Source of the DNA: Eledone cirrhosa
Lineage: Eukaryota
Length of the DNA: 64,000 nucleotides
Assembly (NCBI GenBank): GCA_964016885.1
Contig: OZ024743.1
Coordinates: 87,482,001-87,546,000 of the forward strand
Direction: 5' to 3'
The number at the start of each line of letters is the position of its first letter. Positions within the stretch are counted from its first letter, which is position 1. Of the stretch, positions 28,594 through 54,592 are shown piece by piece. The position numbers and the translations under genes were made by a program. Below the pieces are notes generated by a model that was given only the letters and a program-made list of their open reading frames with translations, was not told the origin of the DNA and ran no database searches.

Positions 28594-30981
28594 TAGCAGA
28601 AGTACCCGGCGTTGCCCGGGTGTAAGTCGACCTTTGGTCTGTTGTTAAAATGTTTGAAAGTTACTTCCCGCGCATCACAGGTGCAAAAACCTTCGAACCT
28701 CAAGGGAAAAAATAGAGGTTAGTATACGCAGGTGTGTAATTGAGCATAAATAATGGATCAATTGTAGGTTCAGAGTGTATCGTTGAAATTGTTCTTTGCA
28801 AGACTGACGGAAGTCAAATTAACTTGAAATTGAAATTTCAGTTGATTTTTAAAGCAGGGTGAAAAAGTCGATTTTTTTCAAATTTTTTTTTTTTTTACAA
28901 TTTTGGCGCTCACATGTGCAGAAGAAGAAATAAAAGGAACTTTATCTGAATCGCGGCATAATGGACGATTCATTTGCGACAGTTTTCACGAAAATCGGAC
29001 GTTCCTGTAAAAAATTATCCCATCTGCAACTTTGCCTTGTTTTTTGCGCAAAGTCGAACCCCCGCTTCAGTTTTATTGATTTTTAACATGAATGCGTGAC
29101 CTCTGAAGTAGATTTGAGTAGCTAAAGACCTGTCCCGGTAAATTTGCTATATGTGAAAAAAAGTTGATCAAAATTGCGTCTAGGGTTATTATTGCCCTTT
29201 GCAACAGCCTCAAGAACATGTAATTAAATAGATTTACCATGGACTATCGTGCACGTTGGTCTTGTGTTTAGCCTGCTAAAATCGGTGATCAAATGAGGCA
29301 ACAATAAGCCATACTGATGACGTTTAAGCGGGTGGCAAGGAATTGATGCGGCATAGATAGCCATGGGAGTCTTGAAGGAGCACGGCGGTCAGGCAAAAGA
29401 AAGGGCCGAGGAGGGGATGGTGGCTGACAGTGCATGGAGGCGGCATCCTGAGGCATGAAGATGTAGTGGGGCGACGGCCAGCAGGCAAGGAAGAGGGCAT
29501 GGGTGGACGGTGGCAAGGATGCCGCATGGTGAGCCATGGCAGTATTGAAGGAGCACTGCGGGCAGGAAAAAGAAAGGGCCAAGGAGGGGATGGCGGCTGA
29601 CAGAGCATTGATGCGGCATGGTGATGCATGATGATGCAGTGGGACGACGGCGTGCAGGGAAGGGAGATGGCCGGGATTGACGGTTGCAGGGATTCCGCAT
29701 GGTGAACCATGGCACTCGTGAAGGACCAAGTCGTGCGGGTAAGGGAGAGGGAAGGGGAGGGCATGGTGGCTGACAGAGCATGGATGCGGCATGGTGAGGC
29801 ATGACGATGCAGTGGGACGACAGCGTGCAGGGAAGGGAGAAGAAAGGACTTGATGGTGGCAGGGATGCGGCTTAGTTAGGCAAGGCAGTATTGAAGGAGC
29901 ACGGCGGGCAGGCCCAAAAAATGGCTGAGGAGGGGATGGTGGCCGACAGGGCAGTAATGCGGCATGGTGAGGCATGACGATGCAGTTGGACGACGGCGTG
30001 CAGGGAAGGGAGAGGGCAGGGGTTGACGGTGGCAGGGATGCGGCTTGGTCTGGCCTGAAAGTCTTGAGCTCTTCCGGAGTGTAGGCAATGGAAATGGGCA
30101 GGGGTGGACGGTGGCAGGGATTCGGCATGTTGTGCCGTGGAAGTCCTTAGGGACCACGGAGGGCAGGCAATGGAAATGGCCGGGGAATGAATTGCAGCTG
30201 ACAATGCAGAGATGCGCATGGTGATGCAAAACGATGCAGTAGGTCGACGGCGTGCAGGGATGGGAGAGGGCAGAGTTTGACGGATGCCTCATTATGGTAC
30301 GGTAGTGGGACCACGGGAATGAAGGGAGCGCATGGAGGCTCGATGATCGCTTGAGAAGACTGGGTGCAATACAGGATGATGCGCGGCGGTATAGTGTTGA
30401 TAGTCCTTATATAATAAATGGAAGAATCGGCATAAAAGGTTTGCTGAATATGGTGAGCGTTAATTTAAATAGACTTACGGTAGATAATCCTGATAGATTG
30501 AACATTTTTTGCATGGCGGGAGTCGCGACAAATGGAAGCAAGAAGAATGGCGTTTTTCGGTTGTACGGATTTTTGCCTCTGGGGGTCCGATTATCGATTT
30601 TCTTTTTACAATTTCAAGTATCCCACGTTAATCCCCGCATCAAAATACATACCTACGTCAAATTTCATTGGAATCGGACAATTTCGTAAATATCGATTTT
30701 TGCCTCTGGTGATCCAATTATCGATTTTTCGAAAATTTAATGTAGCGCACGTTTATCCCCGAATCAAAATACACACTTCCGTCGAGTTTCATCGATTTTT
30801 GAAAATATCGATTTTTGTCTTCTGGGGTCCCCATTATCGATGTTTCGAAATTTTCAAGTAGCCTATTCCATTCTACGCGTTGAGTTCTATATATGTGTGA
30901 GGTTTCATGAAAATTGGATGAACGGTGTAGCATGCAAGTTGGGAACACCAAACAATGCCCATCTTCACTTTATATATAAGA
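28593..30981 (-). mobile_element. Non-autonomous Helitron carrying a GC-rich array; deleted copy 47078-48099
   Basis: 5' TC at 30981, 3' hairpin cccgggcaacgccggg + CTAG|T at 28593; (TA)n flanks. Confidence 0.85.
29320..30290. repeat. Diverged GC-rich tandem repeat, ~173-bp period, ~5.5 units
   Basis: gacgacggcgtgcagggaagggaga-like motif at ~29469, 29641, 29814, 29987, 30241. Confidence 0.88.
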
Positions 30982-31001
30982 TATATATATATATATATAT
31001 A

Positions 31002-32126
31002 CTAGCAGCAGTACCCAGCGTTGCCTGGGTAGGTAAAATAATATCTGCTTTGATGAAAAGGTGTTGATATTAGCGACTGCTTCTCGATGACTCATCTATG
31101 GCCACACACAGGCCATGCGGGGGAGGGTGGTGATGACCTCTATCACTGAGAAACGCGGGTGACTGACGAAGGGGCCTGCTGGGGGAGGGAGGTAATGACC
31201 TCTAACACTAAACCAAATTTCCTCGCGCTACTTGATTGGAAACGGATGAATTCTCAAATACACAACTAAAAGCTCAGACAACGTCAGTGGCCATCGTTTT
31301 GCCTTTGACCATCTATAAGATGTGCAATGATAGGTTCTATCGTAGTATAAAAGTTGAATCAAATAAATTGATTAATGTGTGAGGTGGAGCCGAAGTTTCG
31401 AATTTGAACGAAATCGGTTGAAAAATGTGGCAGCTAATGATAGGTTCTATCGTAGTATAAAAGTTGAATCAAATAAATTGATTTATGTGTGGGCTGGAGC
31501 CGAAGTTTCGAATTTGAACGAAATCTGTTGAAAAATGTGGGAGCTAGAGCCGAAAAGGCGGAAATTTGAGCGAAAATGTGGTATTTTCGAATATTTAAGC
31601 GGTTGCCACGCCGTTCCTGAACAAAAAATCCAAAATGTAAAGCCACTTTAAGACGTGAAATAATCAGATCTAGCGTAGTGTACAATTTTGAACAAAGTAG
31701 GTTGATTAATGTGGGAGCTAGAGCCGAAAAAGTGGAAATTTGAGTCTAAAAGTGGTATTTTTCAATATTTAAGCGGCTGCCATGCCGTCCCTGAACAACA
31801 AATGAAAAATATAAAGGCATTACAAGATGTGTAATGATAAATTCTATTTTGCTTTAAAATTTGAACGAAATCGGTGGCAAAATGTGGGAGCTAGAGCCAA
31901 AAATCTTATTTTTCGAAACCTAAAAAAAGTGACCCCCCTATCGATTTTTATCTGCAGAATGCCTCCGGAATAAAAAAAAAAACGATACGCTGATATATAG
32001 AAAACACTCACCGGGGACTAATCTATGAGCCTGTAAAGTTTCATGAAAATCGGTCATTTGATGTAGGCCCCTATAGGTAATACACAGACACACACACACA
32101 CATACTTAATTTTATATATATACAGA
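31002..32126 (-). mobile_element. Non-autonomous Helitron
   Basis: 3' cccaggcaacgctggg hairpin + CTAG|T at 31002; 5' TC at 32126; internal repeats of gaacgaaatcgg/gtgggagctagagcc. Confidence 0.82.
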
Positions 32127-32222
32127 TATATATATATCATCCCCCACTCTCAAGCGTGAACCTAATACCTAACACCTGCTCTTAACTGGGCTCCTTGTTG
32201 TTGTTATTTACTTTTCTAATAC

Positions 32223-32295
<73 letters not shown>

Positions 32296-32332
32296 TGTGT
32301 ATATGTGTGTGTGCGTGTGTGTGTGTATATGC

Positions 32333-32386
<54 letters not shown>

Positions 32387-32719
32387 GCATTCATGTATAC
32401 ATCGTTATTTCAGAGCACCCAATACTAATACCTAATGTTTGCTAGACTGGCAATTGTTCTGTATAATCACCTCCTGAGTATTATTGGAATTTTATAATAA
32501 TCCAGTTTTTATAATTTTTGGCGGAAGCAAGGGAGTGCGTGGCTCTGATGAAAGAGACTGTCAGCTTCTTTCGCCGAAAAGAAGTGACATAGTCACTTCT
32601 TTAAAACTGATATCATATGATGTTCTAAATGTTTTTAATTAAACATATGTTATATTGCCAAATATACTAAACATACACATATATATATATATTTTTTTAA
32701 CGCTAAATTATTAATAACA

Positions 32720-32905
32720 ATATACCGTATTTGCAGGCCTATTTGGACGCTACTTCGCATATGACGTTCCCTCTTTTTTTTTTAATTATGTTTTACGTTA
32801 TATTTTGACGTTTATAGGCATTTTTATGGACCACGTCCAATAATCGTGGTTTTTCACTCTTCGTGGGTTCTCTAGGAACGTAACCCCGCGAATATCGCGG
32901 TAGTA

Positions 32906-32910
<5 letters not shown>
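32720..32910. mobile_element. pogo/Tigger-like MITE ends
   Basis: ta|ccgtatttgc... and ...ccgcgaatatcgcggtagtactg|ta termini. Confidence 0.45.
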
Positions 32911-32973
<63 letters not shown>

Positions 32974-32981
<8 letters not shown>

Positions 32982-33262
32982 ATACTTGGGGAGGGTCATA
33001 TTTGTGTAATATTGCCAGAATTAATAACAGTCTATCAAAGATATATATCAAAGATAGACTATATATATGTGTTTGTGTCTATATTGTATCTGTATTTTTG
33101 ACCATTGGTCAGTCAATGGCAACATTGAGGACAGAATAAATTAAATTAACCGATATAAAAGTCACAGAAGCGACAAGCGAAAACCAACCAAACAGTGAGT
33201 GTGTTCTGTTATTAATTCTGGCAATATTACACAAATATGACCCTCCCCAAGTATAACAATAT
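32974..33262. mobile_element. Asymmetric pLTR fold-back (57-bp left arm, ~210-bp right arm); copy ~48570-48858
   Basis: Same family as 7320-7560; outer ends atattgttatacttgggg / ccccaagtataacaatat. Confidence 0.85.
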
Positions 33263-33302
33263 TTGTTTCGACACACGATTTCATATCAAAAACCTCGCAA
33301 AA

Positions 33303-33332
<30 letters not shown>

Positions 33333-33340
<8 letters not shown>

Positions 33341-33506
33341 TTTTAATATAGAAGAGCTTCTACAGGACTAGAACTGTTTCATTCGTGATAAATCATCGAA
33401 TGAAACAGTTTTAGTCATGTAGAAGCTCTTCTATATTAAAACTTTTATACTCTGCTATGTATTGAGTACCTTAATTACTGTGGTTACCTCCGATTCAACC
33501 CGGAAT

Positions 33507-33510
<4 letters not shown>
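33333..33510. mobile_element. pLTR fold-back (~52-bp arms) centred on a partial hammerhead; copy ~48925-49113
   Basis: Left arm minus strand: GATGA-tttatcacgaat-GAAAC-agttcta-GTC. Confidence 0.72.
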
Positions 33511-33540
<30 letters not shown>

Positions 33541-33542
<2 letters not shown>

Positions 33543-34205
33543 TCAACTAGAAATTGATTGACATATATATAAAATAAACACATGAAACAATCACAGGGAA
33601 TAATTTGTAAAGTGTGTAAGCACACACAGCTAGGTAGGTAACTAATTAAAGTTTAACTAGAACTTCAAATATAGATACCTTTTAAAAGGTATTCATTGGA
33701 ATCTTTGAGCTTATTCTGCAGTGGATATGGCGCATGTCTCTCAGACATGACACTCTTAATTTAATTTTGCCTATATATTCGGCCCTTTAATTGTAGAGCT
33801 AACTCAGTTGAATGGACTCGGCTGCTATTTCTAGCTGTCGATAATCCTATTCACGCCTCTGGGATGACGCTGTGCGATGTGTGTATTTTTTTAAAAAAAT
33901 GCAACACGTATACGAATGATTCACAGATTTCCATTTGCTGTGTAAACACAGATAGTTAGATCTTCTCCCTTGTTGAAAATTCGGTTTTGGGTACTGTGAT
34001 TTACCGATTGATGGTGAAATATATTTATTTAATGAAATATATACAAAGAAGATTAATCATTTTATAAGGTATCTATATTTGAAGTTCTAGTTAAATTTTA
34101 ATTAGTTACCTACCTAGCTGTGTGTGCTTACACACTTTACAAGTTATTCCCTATGATTGTTTCATGTGTTTATTTTATATATATATGTCAATCAATTTCA
34201 AGTTG

Positions 34206-34208
<3 letters not shown>
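33541..34208. repeat. Inverted repeat, ~140-bp arms, ~385-bp spacer, in (TA)n; copy ~49145-49787
   Basis: 33541-33681 versus 34066-34208. Confidence 0.93.
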
Positions 34209-34259
<51 letters not shown>

Positions 34260-34261
<2 letters not shown>

Positions 34262-34455
34262 CAAGGACGAATGGTTACGCCTTCATTACGTTTATTGGTT
34301 GGGGACTTGCGTATCGATCCTGCCCGACTCTGGAATCAAAAGCTCGTCAGACCTCTGTCAGACCTAAACATTGAGTGCTCACCTGGGTGAATCTAGTGTC
34401 ATTACTGCTACAGAGGTCCGACGATCTGGATCGATACAGATCGAACCTTGAATTC
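34260..34455. mobile_element. Rearranged fold-back of the 3813-4123 family
   Basis: acaaggacga..ggttac..cttcattac; minus strand ggt-CTGACGA-gc; plus strand ggtccgacga..tcgatacagatcgaaccttga. Confidence 0.7.
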
Positions 34456-34721
34456 AGTAAAGTGAACAGAATGGACAATAAATCGCCATAAAAAATATTA
34501 TTCGATTGACCTACAATTCGACATACTTCGTTAAACACGGACATAATCGACATGAGATGATTGGCGAATAGTTTGTAAAATGGGACACCCTAATACGCAT
34601 ACACACACCGTTGTAATAACTGGAGCCGCTGTAGTAACTGGCCTTAAAAATTATTTTCAAACTCGCCCTACGGAGTTGAGTTGCTTTATACCTTTGTTAT
34701 TTTTACCCGCCTGTTCCTAAT

Positions 34722-34768
<47 letters not shown>

Positions 34769-34917
34769 ATATATAGATTGCCTAATAAAAGTAACCTTAT
34801 TTTGTAAGAAGCTGTCTGATGAGATCATGTCATTGGATTTAACACGGAATTAGTGGCCTCTGTTGTCATCGAAATATATATAACGGCCTTTCAATAAAGG
34901 AATTTTAACATCTGAAT

Positions 34918-35005
34918 TACTTTGCCTTTCATCGTTACGGGGTCGATAAAATAAAGTACCAGTAATGCACTGGGTAATTGGTGGCCTTGTGCATAAAGTA
35001 GAAAC

Positions 35006-35010
<5 letters not shown>
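34918..35010 (+). mobile_element. SINE 3' fragment
   Basis: Reverse complement of the 4822/27617 family body. Confidence 0.75.
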
Positions 35011-35536
<526 letters not shown>

Positions 35537-35730
35537 TGTGTGTGTGTGTGTGGATATATATATGGGATAACAAGTTATAGTTTTAGGTAATCCAGTTAGA
35601 GGTTGTGAGTACTCTGTACTAGGGATACTTTTAACGTACGGCTTTGTTTGACTCAACAAGATGTTTCCTCAGTTAGGTGGTGAGTTTGTGAGAATTCCCA
35701 AGCAGGTCATTCTTGGAATAATAGTAGTGA

Positions 35731-36019
35731 AAGAGTGAAGAATAACATGGTCGGCTGTACAGAAAGGGTTTCATTTACAGTATTAACAATTGTTTCATTG
35801 ATCAGGTGAGTCTAAAGGTTGCTGATCACTCGAAATTGCGTCACTCAATCTTAAATTCACTGTGTGTCTCTGATCAAATCATCGGAATACTGTATTTAAG
35901 GTCGAGTGACACAATTTCGATTGATCAGCGGCCTTTAGATTCACCTGATCAATGAAACAATTGTTAATACTGTAAATAAAACCCTTTCTGTACAACCCAC
36001 CATGTTATTCTTCACTCTT
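35731..36019. mobile_element. pLTR fold-back, ~130-bp arms; copy 51232-51520
   Basis: aagagtgaagaataacatgg... / ...ccatgttattcttcactctt. Confidence 0.88.
35778..35892 (-). ncRNA. Type I hammerhead ribozyme (CCGA core, long stem II insert); copy 51279-51393
   Basis: cagtatt-CCGATGA-tttgatcag...ctgatcaat-GAAAC-AATT-GTT-aatactg: 7-bp stem I, 8-bp stem II. Confidence 0.78.
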
Positions 36020-36022
36020 ATA

Positions 36023-36968
36023 TCTATACTATAAAGCTGACGGCCGTATGTAGGTAACAAACTTTCCGCCAAACGGCTGGAATAAACAGCACCAAATTTG
36101 CACCATAGATGTAACTTTTTCCAAGTAAAAAAGTGAGGGTATTTTTGTCTACCGAATTTTGTTAAAAGATTAAAGACATTATTTAAATATTCACTTCTTA
36201 AAAATTTTAAATGTCAACGCTTCCGGTTAGCGTCATTCCTCACTTTTTCTTATGACGTCGCACAACATTCTCCTCTTTTTCTTAGTATGTATGTCTGACT
36301 GTCTGCATTAGATAACGTTTTTCGAAATATTTACTTCTGCGTTCACAGACTGATTTTTTTAGTTTCAGAAGATCTCGTTAAGAGTGAAAGCAGCGATTCT
36401 TTGCTTAAACTTTTATCTGTTATTTTAATATATATATTCGTGTACAGATATTTTTGCATACACAAAAACAAAAACCTATTTATTTCACGAAAGCACAGAT
36501 GGCTTATCGTCATTGTTACTGTTCGAGGTTAAAGGACCACAGTCTTTCCAAGATCTGAGAACCATCAATGGCCATCAATGTTCCACTTACCGTTTGGCTT
36601 GTCAGATGTGTGGTATGTTACACGATGACAACCATTGGCACCTCACCCTGCAAGAAGCAACAACTGCTAAAGTCCCTTCTCAGCTGCGAAAGCTTTTTGC
36701 TATTATGCTGCACAACTACGATCTCGCCGACCCTCTCGCAATGTGGAACAACCACCGCGAAAGTCTAGCTGAAGACATCCTCCACGCACACGCAGACACA
36801 ATCCGAACGTAACATACGATGTCGTTTTCAATGAAGCGCTCATTTATCTTGAAAACAGTGTCCTGGAGATTGGTGGTAGGCCTCTAAGTCACTACAGCTT
36901 ACCTGCTCCTGACAGGAGTGTCCAGAGGTCAACGTCTACAGAGCTTCTCCGCGAGACGAGCTACGAAA
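36023..36968 (+). mobile_element. Helitron 5' end plus RepHel coding fragment (36513-36960); copy 51524-52470
   Basis: A|TCTATACTATAAAG start; LL..VKGP.SF.DLRT.NG....TY..AC...G.L.DD..W...L.EA......QLR.LFAIML is the Rep-helicase linker region. Confidence 0.9.
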
Positions 36969-36984
36969 TCAGTGATTCTCCCAT

Positions 36985-37027
36985 ACTTCACTGAGGAAGT
37001 ATCATAAGACTGAAACATGTCCGGAGT
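36985..37027 (+). ncRNA. Minimal type I hammerhead ribozyme; copy 52486-52528
   Basis: acttca-CTGAGGA-agt-atcataag-act-GAAAC-AT-GTC-cggagt; palindromic ACATGT. Confidence 0.75.
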
Positions 37028-37332
37028 TGTCCATGTACTTACCAAAAAAAGAAATCCACTCATCAGTGTATAACTTCATTCAATTTTTGCATTTCGAAAT
37101 TCTCTCCCTAACCTTTCTTGATAAGAATTATCATCAACAGTGTTCTTTTTACATGTGTAGTTTCAATTGATTAAACATTTAGGGAGATTTACTCCACACT
37201 TAAATAAAAGTAATTTTCTTTATTCCTCTGATTTTGCTAAAGTGGACTGGAGAAAGACAAACTCGACCTCAGCGTGATTTTAACTTAGCAACAGGAAATT
37301 GAGGCAACTGTAGTCAAAGAGAACTAGCGTGT

Positions 37333-37532
37333 CTCCCGTTTATTCTCAGCTCAAACCTAACGCAGCAGATCTGTGATCTAAACTCCCGTTTATTCTCAGC
37401 TCAAACCTGACGCAGCAGATCTGTGATCTAAACTCCCGTTTATTCTCAGCACAAACCTGACGCAGCAGATCTGTGATCTACACTCCCGTTTATTCTCAGC
37501 TCAAACCTGACGCAGCAGATCTGTGATCTAAA
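37333..37532. repeat. 4 x 50-bp tandem repeat; copy 52834-53033
   Basis: ctcccgtttattctcagctcaaacctgacgcagcagatctgtgatctaaa units at 37333, 37383, 37433, 37483. Confidence 0.97.
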
Positions 37533-38496
37533 GCATTCCTACCGGTACCATTTCGTCTTGTTTTTCCAGATTAAGTGTATACTATAGGCATGTTGTTAGA
37601 ATGTCTCAAGAAAGATTCGCTGGACAGATTTTATGGGCAAAACACTTTATTTCACGTTGCTCCAGTTTACTCAGCTGTAAAAATGGGATGATAGGATTGG
37701 GGTCCCTATCATTAAATCACCCAAGACACCTCCAACGAGATATACCTTGGAGGGTCCCAGCTAAACCAGCATAGGTGCGAGCTGTCACACACACACACAG
37801 TTGGTAATCAAAAAGAGCAAGTGTGACAATTAATTTTTAAAAAAACATTATAAAAGTGGGGAAACAGAAAAAAAATAAACAAAAATTTCAAATATTGAAA
37901 GCCAATGGGAGACAGATTATGTATAAGAAAACGAAAAAGAAAAGGAAAATAAGAAACAAAGGAAGTTGTAAAACAGCTAGAAGTTAAACTTGGTATTAAA
38001 CTGTAACCATATCTAAATTGCATTTTACACTTAGATTAGGATGAGAATCGCTGCAACACCTACTTATCGTCGTTTCAGGTTCAGCCTCACTGTGTCTTCT
38101 AGCATAGATTCGAATTGACCTAAAACCTGTGAGTTGTATGTATGTATATATATTGCTGTTTTCAAAAGCAATAATCATTATTGCTTTTGAAAACAGCTGG
38201 TGATATGCATGTAAGTAAATATTCTCTTTATCTGATAGTTTGTAACTAACCTTACATAGATCAATAACCGAGTATAGCTACAATGTATTATCATCATCTA
38301 GAAACAATCGTAAAGCAGTGAAGTATATCTCTAATGACTTGATATTTTATTTCATTGTTTTAACTTATATCATGACTCTGTTTCCTTTTAATGTTTTATT
38401 GTTTTCCGAGATTTATCTTAACCTACAACATTTTCAACATATGGATTACATTGAGTTCTTCATACAGAATAGACCCCACAACTTACTGTGGATACC

Positions 38497-38593
<97 letters not shown>

Positions 38594-38843
38594 CTTGGGG
38601 AGGGTCATATTTGTGTAATATTGCCAGAATTAATAACAGAACACACTCACCCTTTGGTTGGTTTTCGCTTCTCGCTGTCTTTTATATCTGCGATCTAACT
38701 TACTCGGTCCTCAATGTTGCCATTGACTGACCGGCGGTCAAAAATAATACAGATACAATATAGACACAAACACATATATATAGTTTACATAATTTACATA
38801 AATCTTTCGTTGCACATCTGCAACATCGTCAGTGGTGTTATAT

Positions 38844-53670
<14,827 letters not shown>

Positions 53671-53696
53671 GTGTGTGTAAACTAATTCATCGCCGC

Positions 53697-53814
<118 letters not shown>

Positions 53815-54102
53815 CATGTGTGTAAATATATATATATATATGTGTACACATGCGTGTACACATGCGAGGACCCAGAGACATGTGCGATACGTGCATAGGT
53901 CGATGCGTCCGAAAATACATAAAACTCGTATGATGCGTGTGTGAGCCCGTGGGGCCAGTGCGGGTGTCCAAGATGACCGCACGAAAACTCCATACCCCCT
54001 GCCACGAGCAGACGCATATAATACACATCTGATTCCGTGTACCTCTCACGCGGGCCTATGTGGAGTGATGTATATATGGGTGTGTGTGTATATATGTGTG
54101 TA

Positions 54103-54157
<55 letters not shown>

Positions 54158-54221
54158 ACAAGTGAGGACATATGGTGTGAGCAGGGATGTAAATATATAC
54201 ACAGGCACACTTGTATACATC

Positions 54222-54421
<200 letters not shown>

Positions 54422-54592
54422 GACGACTGAAGACAGATATAAATATCTGTCTTCAAGAAACCACTGGTAAATCTTATGTTGTTTATTACATAACTATATA
54501 TATATTTGTATATATATACTCTTTTTCTCTTTTACCTGTTCCAGCCATCCGACTGAGGCCATGCTGGGGCACCGCCCTTGTTGCTACACATT

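Noticed and set aside
29289-30292. Pro/His/Cys-rich ORFs up to 279 aa
   Set aside because: Open in all three minus frames because the GC-rich tandem repeat lacks stops.
32545-32600. CTGATGA...GAAA possible hammerhead
   Set aside because: Stem II does not close next to GAAA and there is no stem I/III pairing.
34816-34880. CTGATGAG possible hammerhead core
   Set aside because: No pairing partner or correctly placed GAAA.
37333-37532. CRISPR-like appearance of the 50-bp (and 91-bp) arrays
   Set aside because: Head-to-tail units with no unique spacers, no cas genes, eukaryotic context.
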